Notes: generated by a model not told the origin, from the sequence alone. DNA of 64,000 nt from Haliotis rufescens (GCF_023055435.1 NW_025964383.1:17360001-17424000); one strand, 5' to 3'; positions 25,001 through 37,684 are shown, numbered from the stretch's first letter. Made by a program: numbers and translations.

Positions 25001-28000
25001 TGAATTGCCCATGTCTGTGTCATCATGAATTGCTCATGTCTGTCATCATGAATTGCTCATGCCTGTGTCATCATGAATTGCTCATGCCTGTGTCATCGTG
25101 AATTGCTAATGCCTGTCATCATGAATTGCTCATGCCTGTGTCATCATGAATTGCTCATGCCTGTGTCATCGTGAATTGCTAATGCCTGTCATCATGAATT
25201 GCTCATGCCTGTGTCATCATGAATTGCTCATGTCTGTCATCATGAATTGCCCATGCCTGTGTCATCATGAATTGCTCATGTCTGTCATCATGAATTGCTC
25301 ATGCCTGTGTCATCATGAATTGCTCATGCCTGTGTCATCGTGAATTGCTAATGCCTGTCATCATGAATTGCTCACGCCTGTGTCATCATGAATTGCTCAT
25401 GCTTGACATCATGAATTGCTCATGCCTGTGTCATCATGAATTGCTCATGCCTGTGTCATCATGAATTGCTCATGCCTGTGTCGTCATGAAGTGCTCATGC
25501 CTGTCATCATGAATTGCTCATGCCTGTGTCATCATGAACTGCTCATGTCTGTCATCATGAATTGCTCATGCCTGTGTCATCACGAATTGCTCATGCCTGT
25601 GTCATCATGAATTGCTCATGCCTGTCATCATGAATTGCTCATGCCTGTGTCATCATGAATTGCTCATGCCTGTTTTATCACGAATTGCTCATGCCTGTGT
25701 CATCGTGAATTGCTCGTGCCTGTGTCATCATGAATTGCTCATGCCTGTGTCATCATGAATTGCTTATGCCTGTGTCATCACGAATTGCTCATGCCTGTGT
25801 CATCATGAATTGCTCATGCCTGTGTCATCATGAATTGCTCATGCCTGTGTCATGAATTGCTCATGCCTGTGTCATCATGAATTGCTCATGCCTGTGTCGT
25901 CATGAATTGCCCATGCCTGTCATCATGAATTGCTCATGCCTGTGTCATCATGAATTGCTCATGTCTGTGTCATCATGAATTGCTCATGCCTGTCATCATG
26001 AATTGCTCATGCCTGTGTCATCATGAATTGCTCATGCCTGTCATCATGAATTGCTCATGCATGTGTCTTCATGAATTGCTCATGCCTGTGTCATCATGAA
26101 TTGCTCAAGCCTGTGTCATTATAAATTGCTCATGCCTGTGTCATCATGAATTGCTCATGCCTGTGTCATCATGAATTGCTCATGCCTGTGTCTTCATGAA
26201 TTGCTCATGCCTGTGTCATCATGAATAGCTCATGCCTGTGTCATCATGAATTGCTCATGTCTGTGTCAACATGAATTGCTCATGCCTGTGTCATCATGAA
26301 TTGCTCATGCCTGTGTCATCATGAATTGCTCATGCGTGTCATCATGAATTGCTCATGCCTGTGTCATCATGAATTGCTCATGTCTGTGTCATCATGAATT
26401 GGTCATGCCTGTCATCATGAATTGCTCATGCCTGTGTCATCATGAATTGCTCATGCCTGTGTCATCATGAATTGCTCATGCCTGTGTCATCATGAATTGC
26501 TCATGTCTGTGTCATCATGAATTGCTCATGCCTGTGTCATCATGAATTGCTCATGCCTTTGTCATCACGAATTGCTCATGCCTGTCATCATGAATTGCTC
26601 ATGCCTGTGTCGATAGACAGCCTTTATTCCTAGGGCAGCAACCCCCTCCTCGGACAATACTCTGGCTGCAGCGGCACGGACACATGTTTGAATGTTTGGG
26701 ATATGGGGTATGAGAGATGGTTGACATCATCTTGACATATTTCTTCCCAAGTGATAACAGTCAATTATTCGACAAGTTTAAAGAAACTATTTCGCCGATA
26801 ATTGAGGTGGACGCGCCATTTTGATTAACAGTAATGAAAGGACAATGTTACCAGGGATAGGATCCAGAATGTTTGTTTTTTTACATTTCAACAAAATTTA
26901 CAGTGTGGAGATCCGTAAACAAGTGAAAAGTGTGTGGCCTAAGTCTGTAACAATCCTTCTTCACAGGTGAATCCATGCGAAAATGTGTGGCCTAAGTCTG
27001 TAACAATCCTTCTTCACAGGTGAATCCATGCGAAAATGTGTGGCCTAAGTCTGTAACAATCCTTCTTTACAGGTGAATCCATGCGAAAATGTGTGGCCTA
27101 AGTCTGTAACAATCCTTCTTCACAGGTGAATCCATGCGAAAATGTGTGGCCTAAGTCTGTAACAATCCTTCTTCACAGGTGAATCCATGCGAAAATGTGT
27201 GGCCTAAGTCTGTAACAATCCTTTTTCACAGGTGAATCCATGCGAAAATGTGTGGCCTAAGTCTGTAACAATCCTTCTTCACAGGTGAATCCATGCGAAA
27301 ATGTGTGGCCTAAGTCTGTAACAATCCTTCTTCACAGGTGAATCCATGCGAAAATGTGTGGCCTAAGTCTGTAACAATCTTTCTTCACAGGTGAATCCAT
27401 GCGAAAATGTGTGGCCTAAGTCTGTAACAATCCTTCTTCACAGGTGAATCCATGCGAAAATGTGTGGCCTAAGTCTGTAACAATCCTTCTTCACAGGTGA
27501 ATCCATGCGAAAATGTGTGGCCTAAGTCTGTAACAATCCTTTTTCACAGGTGAATCCATGCGAAAATGTGTGGCCTAAGTCTGTAACAATCCTTCTTCAC
27601 AGGTGAATCCATGCGAAAATGTGTGGCCTAAGTCTGTAACAATCTTTCTCCACAGGTGAATCCATGCGAAAATGTGTGGCCTAAGTCTGTAACAATCCTT
27701 CTCCACAGGTGAATCCGTGCGAAAATGTGTGGCCTAAGTCTGTAACAATCTTTCTCCACAGGTGAATCCATGCGAAAATGTGTGGCCTAAGTCTGTAACA
27801 ATCTTTCTTCACAGGTGAATCCATGCGAAAATGGGGGAACGTTCCACCCCGGAAACAGGACCTGTCAATGTGTTGATGGCTTCGTCGGGGATTACTGCCA
27901 CAGGCGCTACCGAGGTTTGTAATACATTGCCTTTGCCATGGGTAGCCCAGTCACCAAGGCGCCGCAATTCGCGATGAAGAGTTTTGTCCCCTGAGCACGC

Positions 28001-30626
28001 CAGAATCCTATGATCCCGGGTAATATAAACTATTTGTTAAGGATATTCGCTGTCCAGTTGGGAGATACATTTTACAGGATGTTCGGAGATGTTGAGGTAC
28101 GTAAAGGGTGCGATTTGGGTGGTAGTTGTGGTTGGCACTCGGCGATTTGGGCATGGGACTGACGCATATTAACTCCTATTTCAAGCTATGATAAACTGAA
28201 GAAAACATGGGAGCGTGTGTGTTCTGCACTATCGTAATAGGTATAGCGTAGTTTAAATAGCAGGTGTTTGTGTTGAGACAATGAAGTGGAAGAAGTTGAT
28301 CTTGTTACATACACGCTTCACTTCTCTCCCAAAATGACGACGAAATGAGTCCTAATATCACTCAAGTCAGTGAGTCTGGACAATACTACTCAACTCCCCA
28401 TAGGGATACTGTGCTAGCTCACACTCTTACGAAAGTCGGGGGCCAACAACGTATAAAAGTTTTTGCTTTTGTTTCTTATGAAATGAAGCTTAACATATGC
28501 CAAGTCCAGCCCAAATTGTATTTGTACGTGCATCTGGACATTCAGAATATCCTTATCAAATATTGAGTAGTATATATCGAAATGAGGCCTGGGAATATTT
28601 TTATTAGCTTGCTTCAGAATTTTGACGAAACCCTCGGTCGGTTGCACCAATAACGTTATTTCATTACCTGCATGAGTGATATGGTGGTTTCATTTACAAT
28701 TGAGTGAGTAAGTATGATTTTACGCCGCTTTTAGCAATATTCCAACAATAAACCACTTAAACCACTAGGCTACCCGACCGCCCCCATTTACAATTGACTT
28801 GCCTGTGCATGTGTTTGTGACGGGTGCAATCGGTGGGGCAGGATACGCTCACCTTTTCGTGAACACATGGTAGGATCACTTTTTGATAGTAATTCATAAA
28901 CAAGTCGGATTCGAACAATCGGCTATGCTATTAGCAGATATTTCCTATGATTATTGAAAATATTATCTAATCCGGGATCTTGTCCCCATTATCCGCATGC
29001 CTTTGCGATTCGTGTTTCAAGAAGGAAATTCTGTAATTAAAATGCTAGTGTCGGTGTTCGTTATTTAGATCAACAATGAAGTGTAACTTTAGCATTCTGT
29101 TAGTGAACCCATGGCTAAATATTTAATATTGAAATGCAACAATAACGTCATATTTCACATGTCTGGAAATTATTTAGCAGTCACCTTTACACTTCACACA
29201 ACTTCATATATTCAGAGGGGGTAAGAGTGGCCCAGTCGTAATTCGTTGTGCAGAGTTGCATCCCTTGGGCACGCCAAAAAGTATGATCGTGGGTTCGGAT
29301 CCCGGTTAAGCCTGATTATCTTTCTAGGTCAGTCAGCACCACACCCGTACTCGTGGGTTCACCAAAGACGTAAACGTCGGAGACCCAACTCACTCACTCA
29401 CCCTTATACACCTTATACACCCTTATTCTCGTGAACATGTCCTTTTCTGAAGGGTTATGAAAATTGATAAGTCTATAAAGATCCTCCAGAGAACTATCAT
29501 TTGCCAGTTCTAATAATTCTTAATGTTGTCGTAAATGTCCATTTCTAGGACTTAACTTTTTGTTCTTTGCATTTGCCTCAAATAAGAACGCGTAAGCACT
29601 ATTAGAATCTGATGAATACAACTCCGCATTCCTAACGATCCAGGTTGTTAAAACAAGATGACCAGGATGTACATGTACTCACGACCCGTAAAGATCCGGG
29701 TAGAATAGCTCTTTAGCAACCCATTCTTGCCGTAAAACGGGATCGGGTGGACAGGCTCGCTGACTTGGTTGATACATGTCATCGATCCCAATTGCGTGGA
29801 TCGATGCTCATGTTGTCAATCACGGTCTTATCTCGTCCAGACTCGATTATTTACAGACCGCCGTCATATAGCTGGAATATTGCTGAGTGCGGCGTAAAAC
29901 AACAAACCAACCGACTATTCTGTACGCTTGTTTCTGTCTTTCACTTCAGATTGCTCGGAGGCACCAGAAAGGACAACACCAGGAAGGACAGATCAGTACC
30001 TCATTCAGCCGTGGGGGAGCACTCAAGTATTCGAGTGGTTTTGTAACCCTGTGTCTTCAAATTTAACAGCTGTTATACAGTTTGTGGATTTTTTTAACTA
30101 TAATCTTAAACTGACGTGGCAGCAGATGAGAAACGGCGTTCCACTTGACACACTGTTTTTTTTCCTTGGCCTTGAACAGCTATACCGCTTAACCAGTCAG
30201 GGAGTGTACGATTTGCTTGTCACACTTAATGCTGCTGGCGAGGATATTGGCCTTGTGTTGTACACAAACTTCCGTGTAGACTCAGAGGTAGAGGGTTATG
30301 TCTGGCATTGGGATTCCTTCCACAATGATCAAAGTAGTGGTTACATAGGCAGTGATCAGTATTTAGATGGGTTTGGAGGTGCAGGGGATTTAACCAAGAA
30401 CTTGAATGGAGCACGCTTTGGTACTTTTGACCGTGACGTGAACGACTGTGCCCGCATGAACAACGCTTCGTGGTGGTACAATCCAGTTGGTTGCGCAGCT
30501 ATTGGACTTGATGATCTATCATGGCCGACCAACCGACGTGGGACAGTTAAACTAGAGCACATGGATGCTGTTCTATTGTGGTTAGTTCCAAGACAATGGT
30601 ATATCGAAGATGACCTTGTCCTTTGA
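22018..30626 (+). CDS. Secreted PAN/Apple-EGF-fibrinogen-related-domain (FReD) protein, ~360 aa. Exons 22018-22323, 27815-27914, 29950-30626
   Basis: Signal peptide MRLQEKRYPLLILLIPVWFSSA; PAN motif SRIECSVICLNEPDCLSASY...CHLS; donor CTT|GTGAGT (phase 0). EGF exon VNPCENGGTFHPGNRTCQCVDGFVGDYCHRRYR; donor GAG|GTTTGT (phase 1). Acceptor TTCAG|AT gives DCSE...FFLGLEQLYRLT...YTNFRV...FGTFDRDVNDCA...WWY. An acceptor at 21988 implies an upstream 5'-UTR exon. Confidence 0.88.
22480..22757 (+). mobile_element. SINE family A (intronic)
   Basis: Consensus match. Confidence 0.9.
23048..24331. mobile_element. Non-autonomous element with inverted termini, possibly Crypton-associated; relatives at 56275-56620 (+) and 56890-57400 (-)
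   Basis: AGTTTGCTCTACCCCC...TTAAGAAATAAA versus TTTATTTCTTAA...GGGGGTAGAGCAAACT; internal block TATTGGGAGAAAAGG...GGGAGTCATCATTATT is shared with the 56-57 kb copies. Confidence 0.6.
24655..24866. repeat. 104-bp direct duplication
   Basis: CTCTGGTTATTGTGAGTTGAG... at 24655 and 24759. Confidence 0.9.
24900..26760 (-). pseudogene. Crypton-like tyrosine recombinase (DUF3504-type) C-terminal remnant split by a minisatellite
   Basis: SLGKKYVKMMSTIS [frameshift] CVRAAAARVLSEEGVAALGIKAVYRHRHEQFM [array] KTFM resembles the Crypton pattern LGKNxLxxMMxxIS...NHCVRATA...IxxVTGHRxExSLxxY. Confidence 0.55.
24950..26611. repeat. 25/23-bp minisatellite CATCATGAATTGCTCATGCCTGT(GT), ~67 copies
   Basis: Read directly. 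Confidence 0.98.
26931..27833 (+). repeat. 53-bp minisatellite, 17 copies, each containing the EGF-exon 3' splice site
   Basis: CAG|GTGAATCC junctions at 26967 + 53n up to 27815. Confidence 0.98.
28704..28784 (-). mobile_element. SINE family B, internally deleted
   Basis: 13-bp TSD CATTTACAATTGA at 28691 and 28785. Confidence 0.85.
28805..28885 (+). mobile_element. LINE 3'-end-like fragment (CR1-Zenon-like); second copy ~47026-47095 (-)
   Basis: GGTGGGGCAGGATACGCTCACCTTTTCGYGAACAC is present twice; family assignment is from memory. Confidence 0.4.
29217..29402 (+). mobile_element. SINE family A (degenerate)
   Basis: Head, core and tail recognisable. Confidence 0.75.
29682..29912 (+). mobile_element. 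SINE family D
   Basis: GACCCGTAAAGATCCGGG...GCGGCGTAAAACAACAAACCAACC. Confidence 0.85.
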
Positions 30627-30731
30627 TAAGGTTATGCATCTTATATAAGGGGTTGAGCTTGATTTGTAAACTCAATGTTTCGAACTAGAACTTTGTGATC
30701 GTTTTTTGATTGATATATAAACATGCCCATA

Positions 30732-31298
30732 CGTGAAGATCCGGGTTAGAATTGATCTTCAGCAACCCATGCTGGTCTCCCCCAGTGAAGATCAAGGTTA
30801 GAATTCATCTTCAACAACCGATGCTTGTCGTAACTGACGGGATCGGGTGGTCAGGCTCGCTGACTTGGTTGATGCATGTCATCGTATTTATTTACAGACC
30901 GCCGTCTTTAGCTGGAATATTGCCGAGTGCGGCGTTAAACAAAAAAAACAACAACACTTATGTCCAAGTAGTCTACTTTAATGAGAGCCATCCACCATGC
31001 CTTGATTTTTTTTACAAAGCAGGAGCACAGAAGGTCCAGTCGTCTGAGGTGCCGCAATTCGATGTGCAGAGTTGCGTCCCTTGTGCATACCAGAAACCTA
31101 TGATCGTGGGTTCGAATGACGGTTCGCCCCGATTATGTTTCTAGATTTATCAGCACCATACCCGTGCTCGTGGGTTTCACCAAAGCGGTAAACGCCTTGG
31201 TCCTGCATTACTTGGGCTTTCCTCCACATTAAGCTGACACGCCGCGATAACTGGAATAATGTTAAAAGAGGCGTTAACCCCACTCACTCACTTACTCA
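30732..31298 (+). mobile_element. SINE family D (30732-30955) and SINE family A (31021-31298)
   Basis: Consensus matches. Confidence 0.85.
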
Positions 31299-31988
31299 TG
31301 ATGATCATGGTTCTTATTTATATGCAAAATAATAACTTTTCTGCTGGATATGTTTTAAAACGAGACACTTTGCTGTGGAAACAACCGATGATGCAATTGT
31401 GGATAATGACTTAACAAATACTGAATATTAAGATGTCTCAAATCATCACATCTTTTAGTACCACATACTCAGTTGTAAATGGGAATGTTGTGTGTGGAAA
31501 TTTCAGCTCTGATACAGCAGCCCTCTGTTTTCTGGCTGGGAAATAGGTCAGCGACATCACTACACGGCAGCATCCATTTTAATGAGTAAGGTGATGACGT
31601 GACAGGACACCCATCCTTTTCTACCCCCCAAAACCACCCCACCCTATATGGGGAATCGAACGTGGACCTTCGGGGTGACAAGCGACACCACCGCCCGGGA
31701 GAAATTGTTACCCAAATATACACAAAGAAAAAAGCTGAGCACACCCTAATATATTTCATTATTGCTTGGTCCCAATATTTGTAACAGTCATGAAAGATAT
31801 AATTACGGGAAGAATTATGTTTTCTCGAGATGATGTAACCAGTCATGCGTGACGAAAGTTCACGTGCCATGCATGGTATGCCTAAGCTTACACTTCCCGT
31901 GCAGCATCGCTGGAAGCAGTAAATCCAAACGTTAAGATTGCTTTCTTAAGCTCGGTTTTAAACAGTTATTCCATGACATTGTGTGACC

Positions 31989-32987
31989 ATGGCACGAAGG
32001 CGATTGTCAAACGCCACAAGATGGCAAATAATCGGCATGCATAACGCAGGAACGTCTTGTAAGGCCATTGGTCGGAATTTGGGGTATCATCACTCTGTCG
32101 TAAGCCGTTTAGTCGAGAAACATGCTCAGACAGGTGATGTACAGGACCGTCCCAGATCCGGAAGACCTCCTGTGACGACATATCGCGAAGACAGGGACCT
32201 TCTTCGTCTCATACGCCGAGAACCCTTTTTAGCAAGTACTCGTCTGAAACAGCTGTGGTTGCTAAATCGTCGTTTTAGCACCAGAACCGTCAGGAACCGA
32301 CTGAAAGCAGCAAGACTGATGACTAGACGAGTCATAAAGCGTCCCTTGTTGAGAGATCATCACAAAGCTGCTCGTTTAGCATGGTGTATTGCGCGACAGA
32401 ACTGGAATCTGAGAACTTGGTGTCGGATCCATTGGTCAGACTAAAGTCGCTTTCTGCTTCACGTCACTGATGAAAGAACGAGAATTTAGAGGCATCGGAA
32501 CCCGGCCTACACCCCCAGGAACATTAAACCGACTGTTGAAGACGGCGGGGGCTCGGTAATGGTTTAGGGGTGATTCTCTCATGATGCAGGTTGGATTTGG
32601 TCACCATTAGGAGCAACTTAACAGGGGCTCAGTACATCCGGGGCGTTTTGAGGCCAGTCGTCGTTCCTCATTTTGACAACAACCAACTTGCTACTCGACC
32701 TCAGTACATGGATGACAATGCCAGGCCGCATCGTTCGCATGCAGTCGTGGATTACATGAGGGCCAATGCAATAACGACTCTACCCTTGCCTTGAACATGT
32801 TTGGGATATTCTGGGGCGGCGCATACACGCACGAGATCCTCCTGTACACGATGTACGCCAATTGGAGGCAGCATTGCATCAAGTGTGGTTGTTGTTGACC
32901 CATCAACAGATCCAACGTCTGACTGGAGGCATGAGACGTAGGGTGGAATGCGTCATCTGGGCACGTGGTGGTTATACCCGCCACTGA
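31989..32987 (+). pseudogene. Tc1-family transposase pseudogene (element ~31720-33143)
   Basis: HTH MARRRLSNATRWQIIGM...DRPRSGRP, WSD*SRF, GGGSVMV*, MDDNARPHR, EHVWDILGRR, GGYTRH; several stops and frameshifts. Confidence 0.92.
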
Positions 32988-34068
32988 TCTGTTTCACGTG
33001 TCATGTCAAGTAGAGACTTTAAGGAACAATTTCACATGAAACTTCTAACGTAACTCGTTTACATAATCCCGCAGCTCCATACTTTTAAGGTATTGTCTAA
33101 GGTCAAAAACTGTACCTGTGTTACCCTGATGTTTTTGTCAGTAAATGTCAATCACAACTCACCAATATCTTCTTTATTTGTTGTCAAATGTCTGTTCTAT
33201 CCAATGACATTGGTATCGCCCAGCTCCTGTGGTCAGTCATCCAATGCCGTGATTTTAGCCATTTGTCATGACTCAGAACTATGGGGTGTGTTTAACTCTT
33301 TTCTTTGTGTATAGAAGCTTCACGTCTTCATGTTAACTTATTGTCCTCCATATATGACGCGTAATTTCTCAGAATGTACTTCATTCTCTAGCAGCCTTAA
33401 GTGGCTGGAGTCCTTGGCGTTCATACGTTTGGACAATGGGACCTAAGTGTATGGGATGGAAATATGTGTATTGTCAATATGTTCAAAGTGTGTTTTTTCA
33501 TCTACTCTGATATATATGTTGTACATATAAGATGTATATAAGACGCCTTGAATTCCATCACTCTTTTTAGATATTTATCCACAATCATAAGAGGAGACAG
33601 TTTTTCGAATGTCCAAACTGGCTTGGCGCTTTCGTAATAAATAGAATAAAACCGTAGCTATGCTGTGAAATAATCTTTATATTCGAAATACTAAAATCAT
33701 ATAATCAATTTATATTTACATGTGTGGTGATGATATATTACTTTTTTAATGTTGACATTCATCGATAGTGCACTATAACCTTACAGGATGGACATCACTT
33801 TTAACAACGCGAACATATCATGTATTTGTCTGTGGTGTTTGATGTAAATGACGCAATACTTTCATATGTATTCCATGCTACGAATCAGTGTTTTTATGTT
33901 TCATTTTAAGTGTCGTTTCCATGCATACATTCTCCATTAAACGTCGGAGGTCGTACCTATTTCGCCAGGTTTTTTCGGGAGAAGGCGTTTTTTTATGTAT
34001 TTATCAATATCTCTCCTCGATGTCTCTTCGTTTCGTCGATTGAACCTAGTTGCATTCTTAAATTTATA

Positions 34069-34306
34069 GGAGGCACGGGTGGCCTCCTAAGTCGAAGGCG
34101 CCTCAATCCGCTGTGAAGAGTTGCCAGAAACCTGTTGTCCCCGATTATGTTTCTAGGTTTGTCAGCACCATACCCGTGCTCGTGGACTTCACCAAAGTGG
34201 TAAATGTCCGAGACCTGCATCACTTCGAGCTTCCCTCCCACTTCAAGCTGACACGCCGTGATATGACTGGAATACTGTTAAAGGCGACGTTGCACCTCAC
34301 TGACTC
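34069..34306 (+). mobile_element. SINE family A
   Basis: Consensus match. Confidence 0.85.
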
Positions 34307-35452
34307 TTAGATTTAGAGGTTACAAAGAGGCCAGGCTTTGCTTCGGCAGCATGACGTGGTACTATATACACTCACCAGTAAAGTGTTGAACGTGCCTTTT
34401 GCTATTTGTCATTTTATACATTTTTAAGCTTTTATTTTTTAACTATTTCTTTGGCGGCAAGTCGGATTCATATTGAAATGGAAAGATTAATTTCTGAAGT
34501 ATACTTCATTAATTTGTCAGTAATTTTTATGAAACTCGACTTCTGAGTCGAACCGAAATACTTTGACATACAATTCACTTGACCTTCAATGTCCAGCGAT
34601 TTCGAAGGTCGAGTGTTATAAACCTACTGAACAGAACAGTGTAGTTCAAAACACTTTTCATCATAGTATTCACACTATACTAATGCCAAGATGTGGCGAG
34701 CTTTTAATGCTCTGTATCACTATTTTCTTGTCAAGTGTTTTACCAATTTGAATATCTGAGTTATACACCTCTCAGTATATTTTATCACATGTTTGATTTT
34801 TAATTTAAAATACTTTAAGTCCGCCATATTATATCCAGAAAAAAAACTGTACTGGTGTTTAGTGAGTGCTCAAAGAGTACTTATAGACGGTTAGATATTT
34901 TTTAATGTAATTTCCTTTAAATATTAAAAAAAAAAAAAAAAAAAATTATCATAAAAAATAACAACTGAAAGTTATCTTAGACATCTTATATTTGAAAATA
35001 AACAAATTTGTTTTTTGGTCACAAATTTACATATAAAACAAGGTATAGTCATGTGGCTGCAAATTCATTTCTTACCCTTGTCTTTATTCAATCATTTATA
35101 TTTACACAAAATTACCTAGCCACAGATTAATTTTTACAAAATGTTGCAGGAATGAGTAATGGTTAAATAGACATGATCTAATTGAACATCAGCTCTTTTA
35201 ATTTTTTATCACAAAAAAACAAACTCAGTTTATACACCTTATATGTAAACTGTGCTTAGTCCTTTGGCTATGCTGAAAGCGACATAGACTAATACTCACC
35301 TTACATAACATATATTTGCTTGTCTGAAATCAGTAAACTATTATCAAATTATTTGTTTATTGTGTTTGTGTCACACCATATTGTTCAAACTGTATGCCGA
35401 CAACCTGTGAATGATTGGATCTGGATCAGATAATCTCATTAAATGAAAAAGT

Positions 35453-35968
35453 GTACGAGAAACAACAGTCTTTGTCCTGTACAAGAAACAACAGTCTTTG
35501 TCCTGTACAAGAAACAAAAGTCTTGTCCTGTACACGAAACAACAGTCTTTGTCCTGTACAAGAAACGACAGTCTTGTCCTGTAAAAGAAACCACAGTTTT
35601 TATCCTGTACAAGAAACCACAGTTTTTATCCTGTACAAGAAACCACAGTTTTTGTCCCGTACAAGAAACAACAGTCTTGTCCTGTACAAGAAACAACAGT
35701 TTTTGTCCTGTACAAGAAACAACTGTTACAGTCTTCGTCCTGTACAAGAAACCACAGTTTTTGTCCTGTTCAAGAAACAACAGTCTTGTCCTGTACAAGA
35801 AACAACAGTTTTTGTCCTGTACAAAAAACAACAGTCTTGTCCTGTACAAGAAACAACAGTTTTTATCCTGTACAAGAAACCACAGTTTTTGTCCAGTACA
35901 AGAAACAACTGTTACAGTCTTTGTCCTGTACAAGAAACAACAGTTTTTGTCCCGTACAAGAAACAACA
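35453..35968. repeat. ~25-26-bp minisatellite ACAAGAAACAACAGTYTTTGTCCTGT, ~20 copies
   Basis: Read directly. Confidence 0.95.
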
Positions 35969-37598
35969 GATATGTGCTTCATTAGAAGGTACCATATTTA
36001 GCGAATATTTCGTATTAGTTAGGCACGCTTAACTCTAGACTACCAAACTGGTTGAAGATATGTGCTTCATTAGTAGGTACCATGGGTAGCGAATATTTCC
36101 TAGTAGTTAGGCATGCTTAACTCTAAACTACAGTAGTGGTTGAAGATATGTGCTTCATTAGAAGGAACCATGTTCAGCGAATATTTCCTAGTAGTTAGGC
36201 GTGCTTAACTCTAAACTACAGTAGTGGTTGAAGATATGTGCTTCATTAGAAGGTACAATAATCAGAGAATATTTCCTAGTAGTAAGGCACGCTTAACTCT
36301 ATACCACTGAACTGGTTGAAGATATGTGCTTCATTAGAAGGTACCATAGGTAGCGAATATTTCCTAGTAGTTAGGCATGCTTAACTCTAAACTACAGTAG
36401 TGGTTGAAGATATGTGCTTCATTAGAAGGAACCATGTTTAGCGAATATTTCCTAGTAGTTAGGCACGCTTAACTCTAAACTACAGTAGTGGTTGAAGATA
36501 AGTGCTTCATTAGAAGGTACCGTATTTAGCGAATATTTCCAAGTAGTTAGGCATGCTTAACTCTATACTACCGAACCGGTTGAAGATATGTGCTTCATTA
36601 GAAGGTACCATGGGTAGCGAATATTTCCTAGTAGTTAGGCGTGCTTAACTCTAAACTACCGAACTGATTGAAGATATGTGCTTCATTAGAAGGTACCATG
36701 GGTAGCGAATATTTCCTAGTAGTTAGGCACGCTTAACTCTATACCACTGAACTGGTTGAAGATATGTGCTTCATTAAAAGGTACCATGTTCAGCGAATAT
36801 TTCCTAGTAGTTAGGCGTGCTTAACTCTAAACTACAGTAGTGGTTGAAGATATGTGCTCCATTAGAAGGTACAATAATCAGAGAATATATCCTAGTAGTA
36901 AGGCCCCGTTAACTCTATACCACTGAACTGGTTGAAGATATGTGCTTCATTTGAAGGTACCATGTTTAGCGAATATTTCCTAGTAGTTAGGCACGCTTAA
37001 CTCTATACTACCGAACTGTTTGAAGGTATGTGCTTCATTAAAAGGTACCATGTTTAGCGAATATTTTCTAGTAGTTAGGCATGCTTAACTCTAAACTACA
37101 GTAGTGGTTGAAGATATGTGCTCCATTAGAAGGTACAATAATCAGAGAATATTTCCTAGTAGTAAGGCCCCGTTAACTCTATACCACTGAACTGGTTGAA
37201 GATATGTGCTTCATTTGAAGGTACCATGTTTAGCGAATATTTCCTAGTAGTTAGGCACGCTTAACTCTATACTACCGAACTGTTTGAAGGTATGTGCTTC
37301 ATTAAAAGGTACCATGTTTAGCGAATATTTTCTAGTAGTTAGGCATGCATAACTCTAAACTACAGTAGTGGTTGAAGATATGTGCTTCATTAGAAGGAAC
37401 CATGTTGAGCGAATATTTCCTAGTAGATAGGCACGCTTAACTCTACACTACAGTAGTGGTTGAAGATAAGTGCTTCATTAGAAGGAACCATGTTTAGCGA
37501 ATATTTCCTAGTAGTTAGGCATGCTTAACTCTATACTACAGTAGTGGTTGAAGATATGTGCTTCACTAGAAGGAACCATGTTTAGCGAATATTTCCTA
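35969..37598. repeat. 88-bp minisatellite, ~18.5 copies
   Basis: GATATGTGCTTCATTAG at 35969, 36057, 36145 and onward. Confidence 0.97.
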
Positions 37599-37684
37599 TA
37601 TATTTTACGAGCGTTTCTTAAGGCTGTCGTCACGCACTAATATACGTCATATCAAGTGAGTGAGTGAGTGAGTGAGTGAGTGAG

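Noticed and set aside
35415-36032. Long ORFs over minisatellites (also 24871-25343, 41025-41930, 60309-61121)
   Set aside because: Products of tandem or low-complexity repeats, open in several frames.
35969-37598. CRISPR-like repeat/spacer array
   Set aside because: The variable parts are short recurrent alleles, not unique spacers; eukaryotic context and no cas genes.
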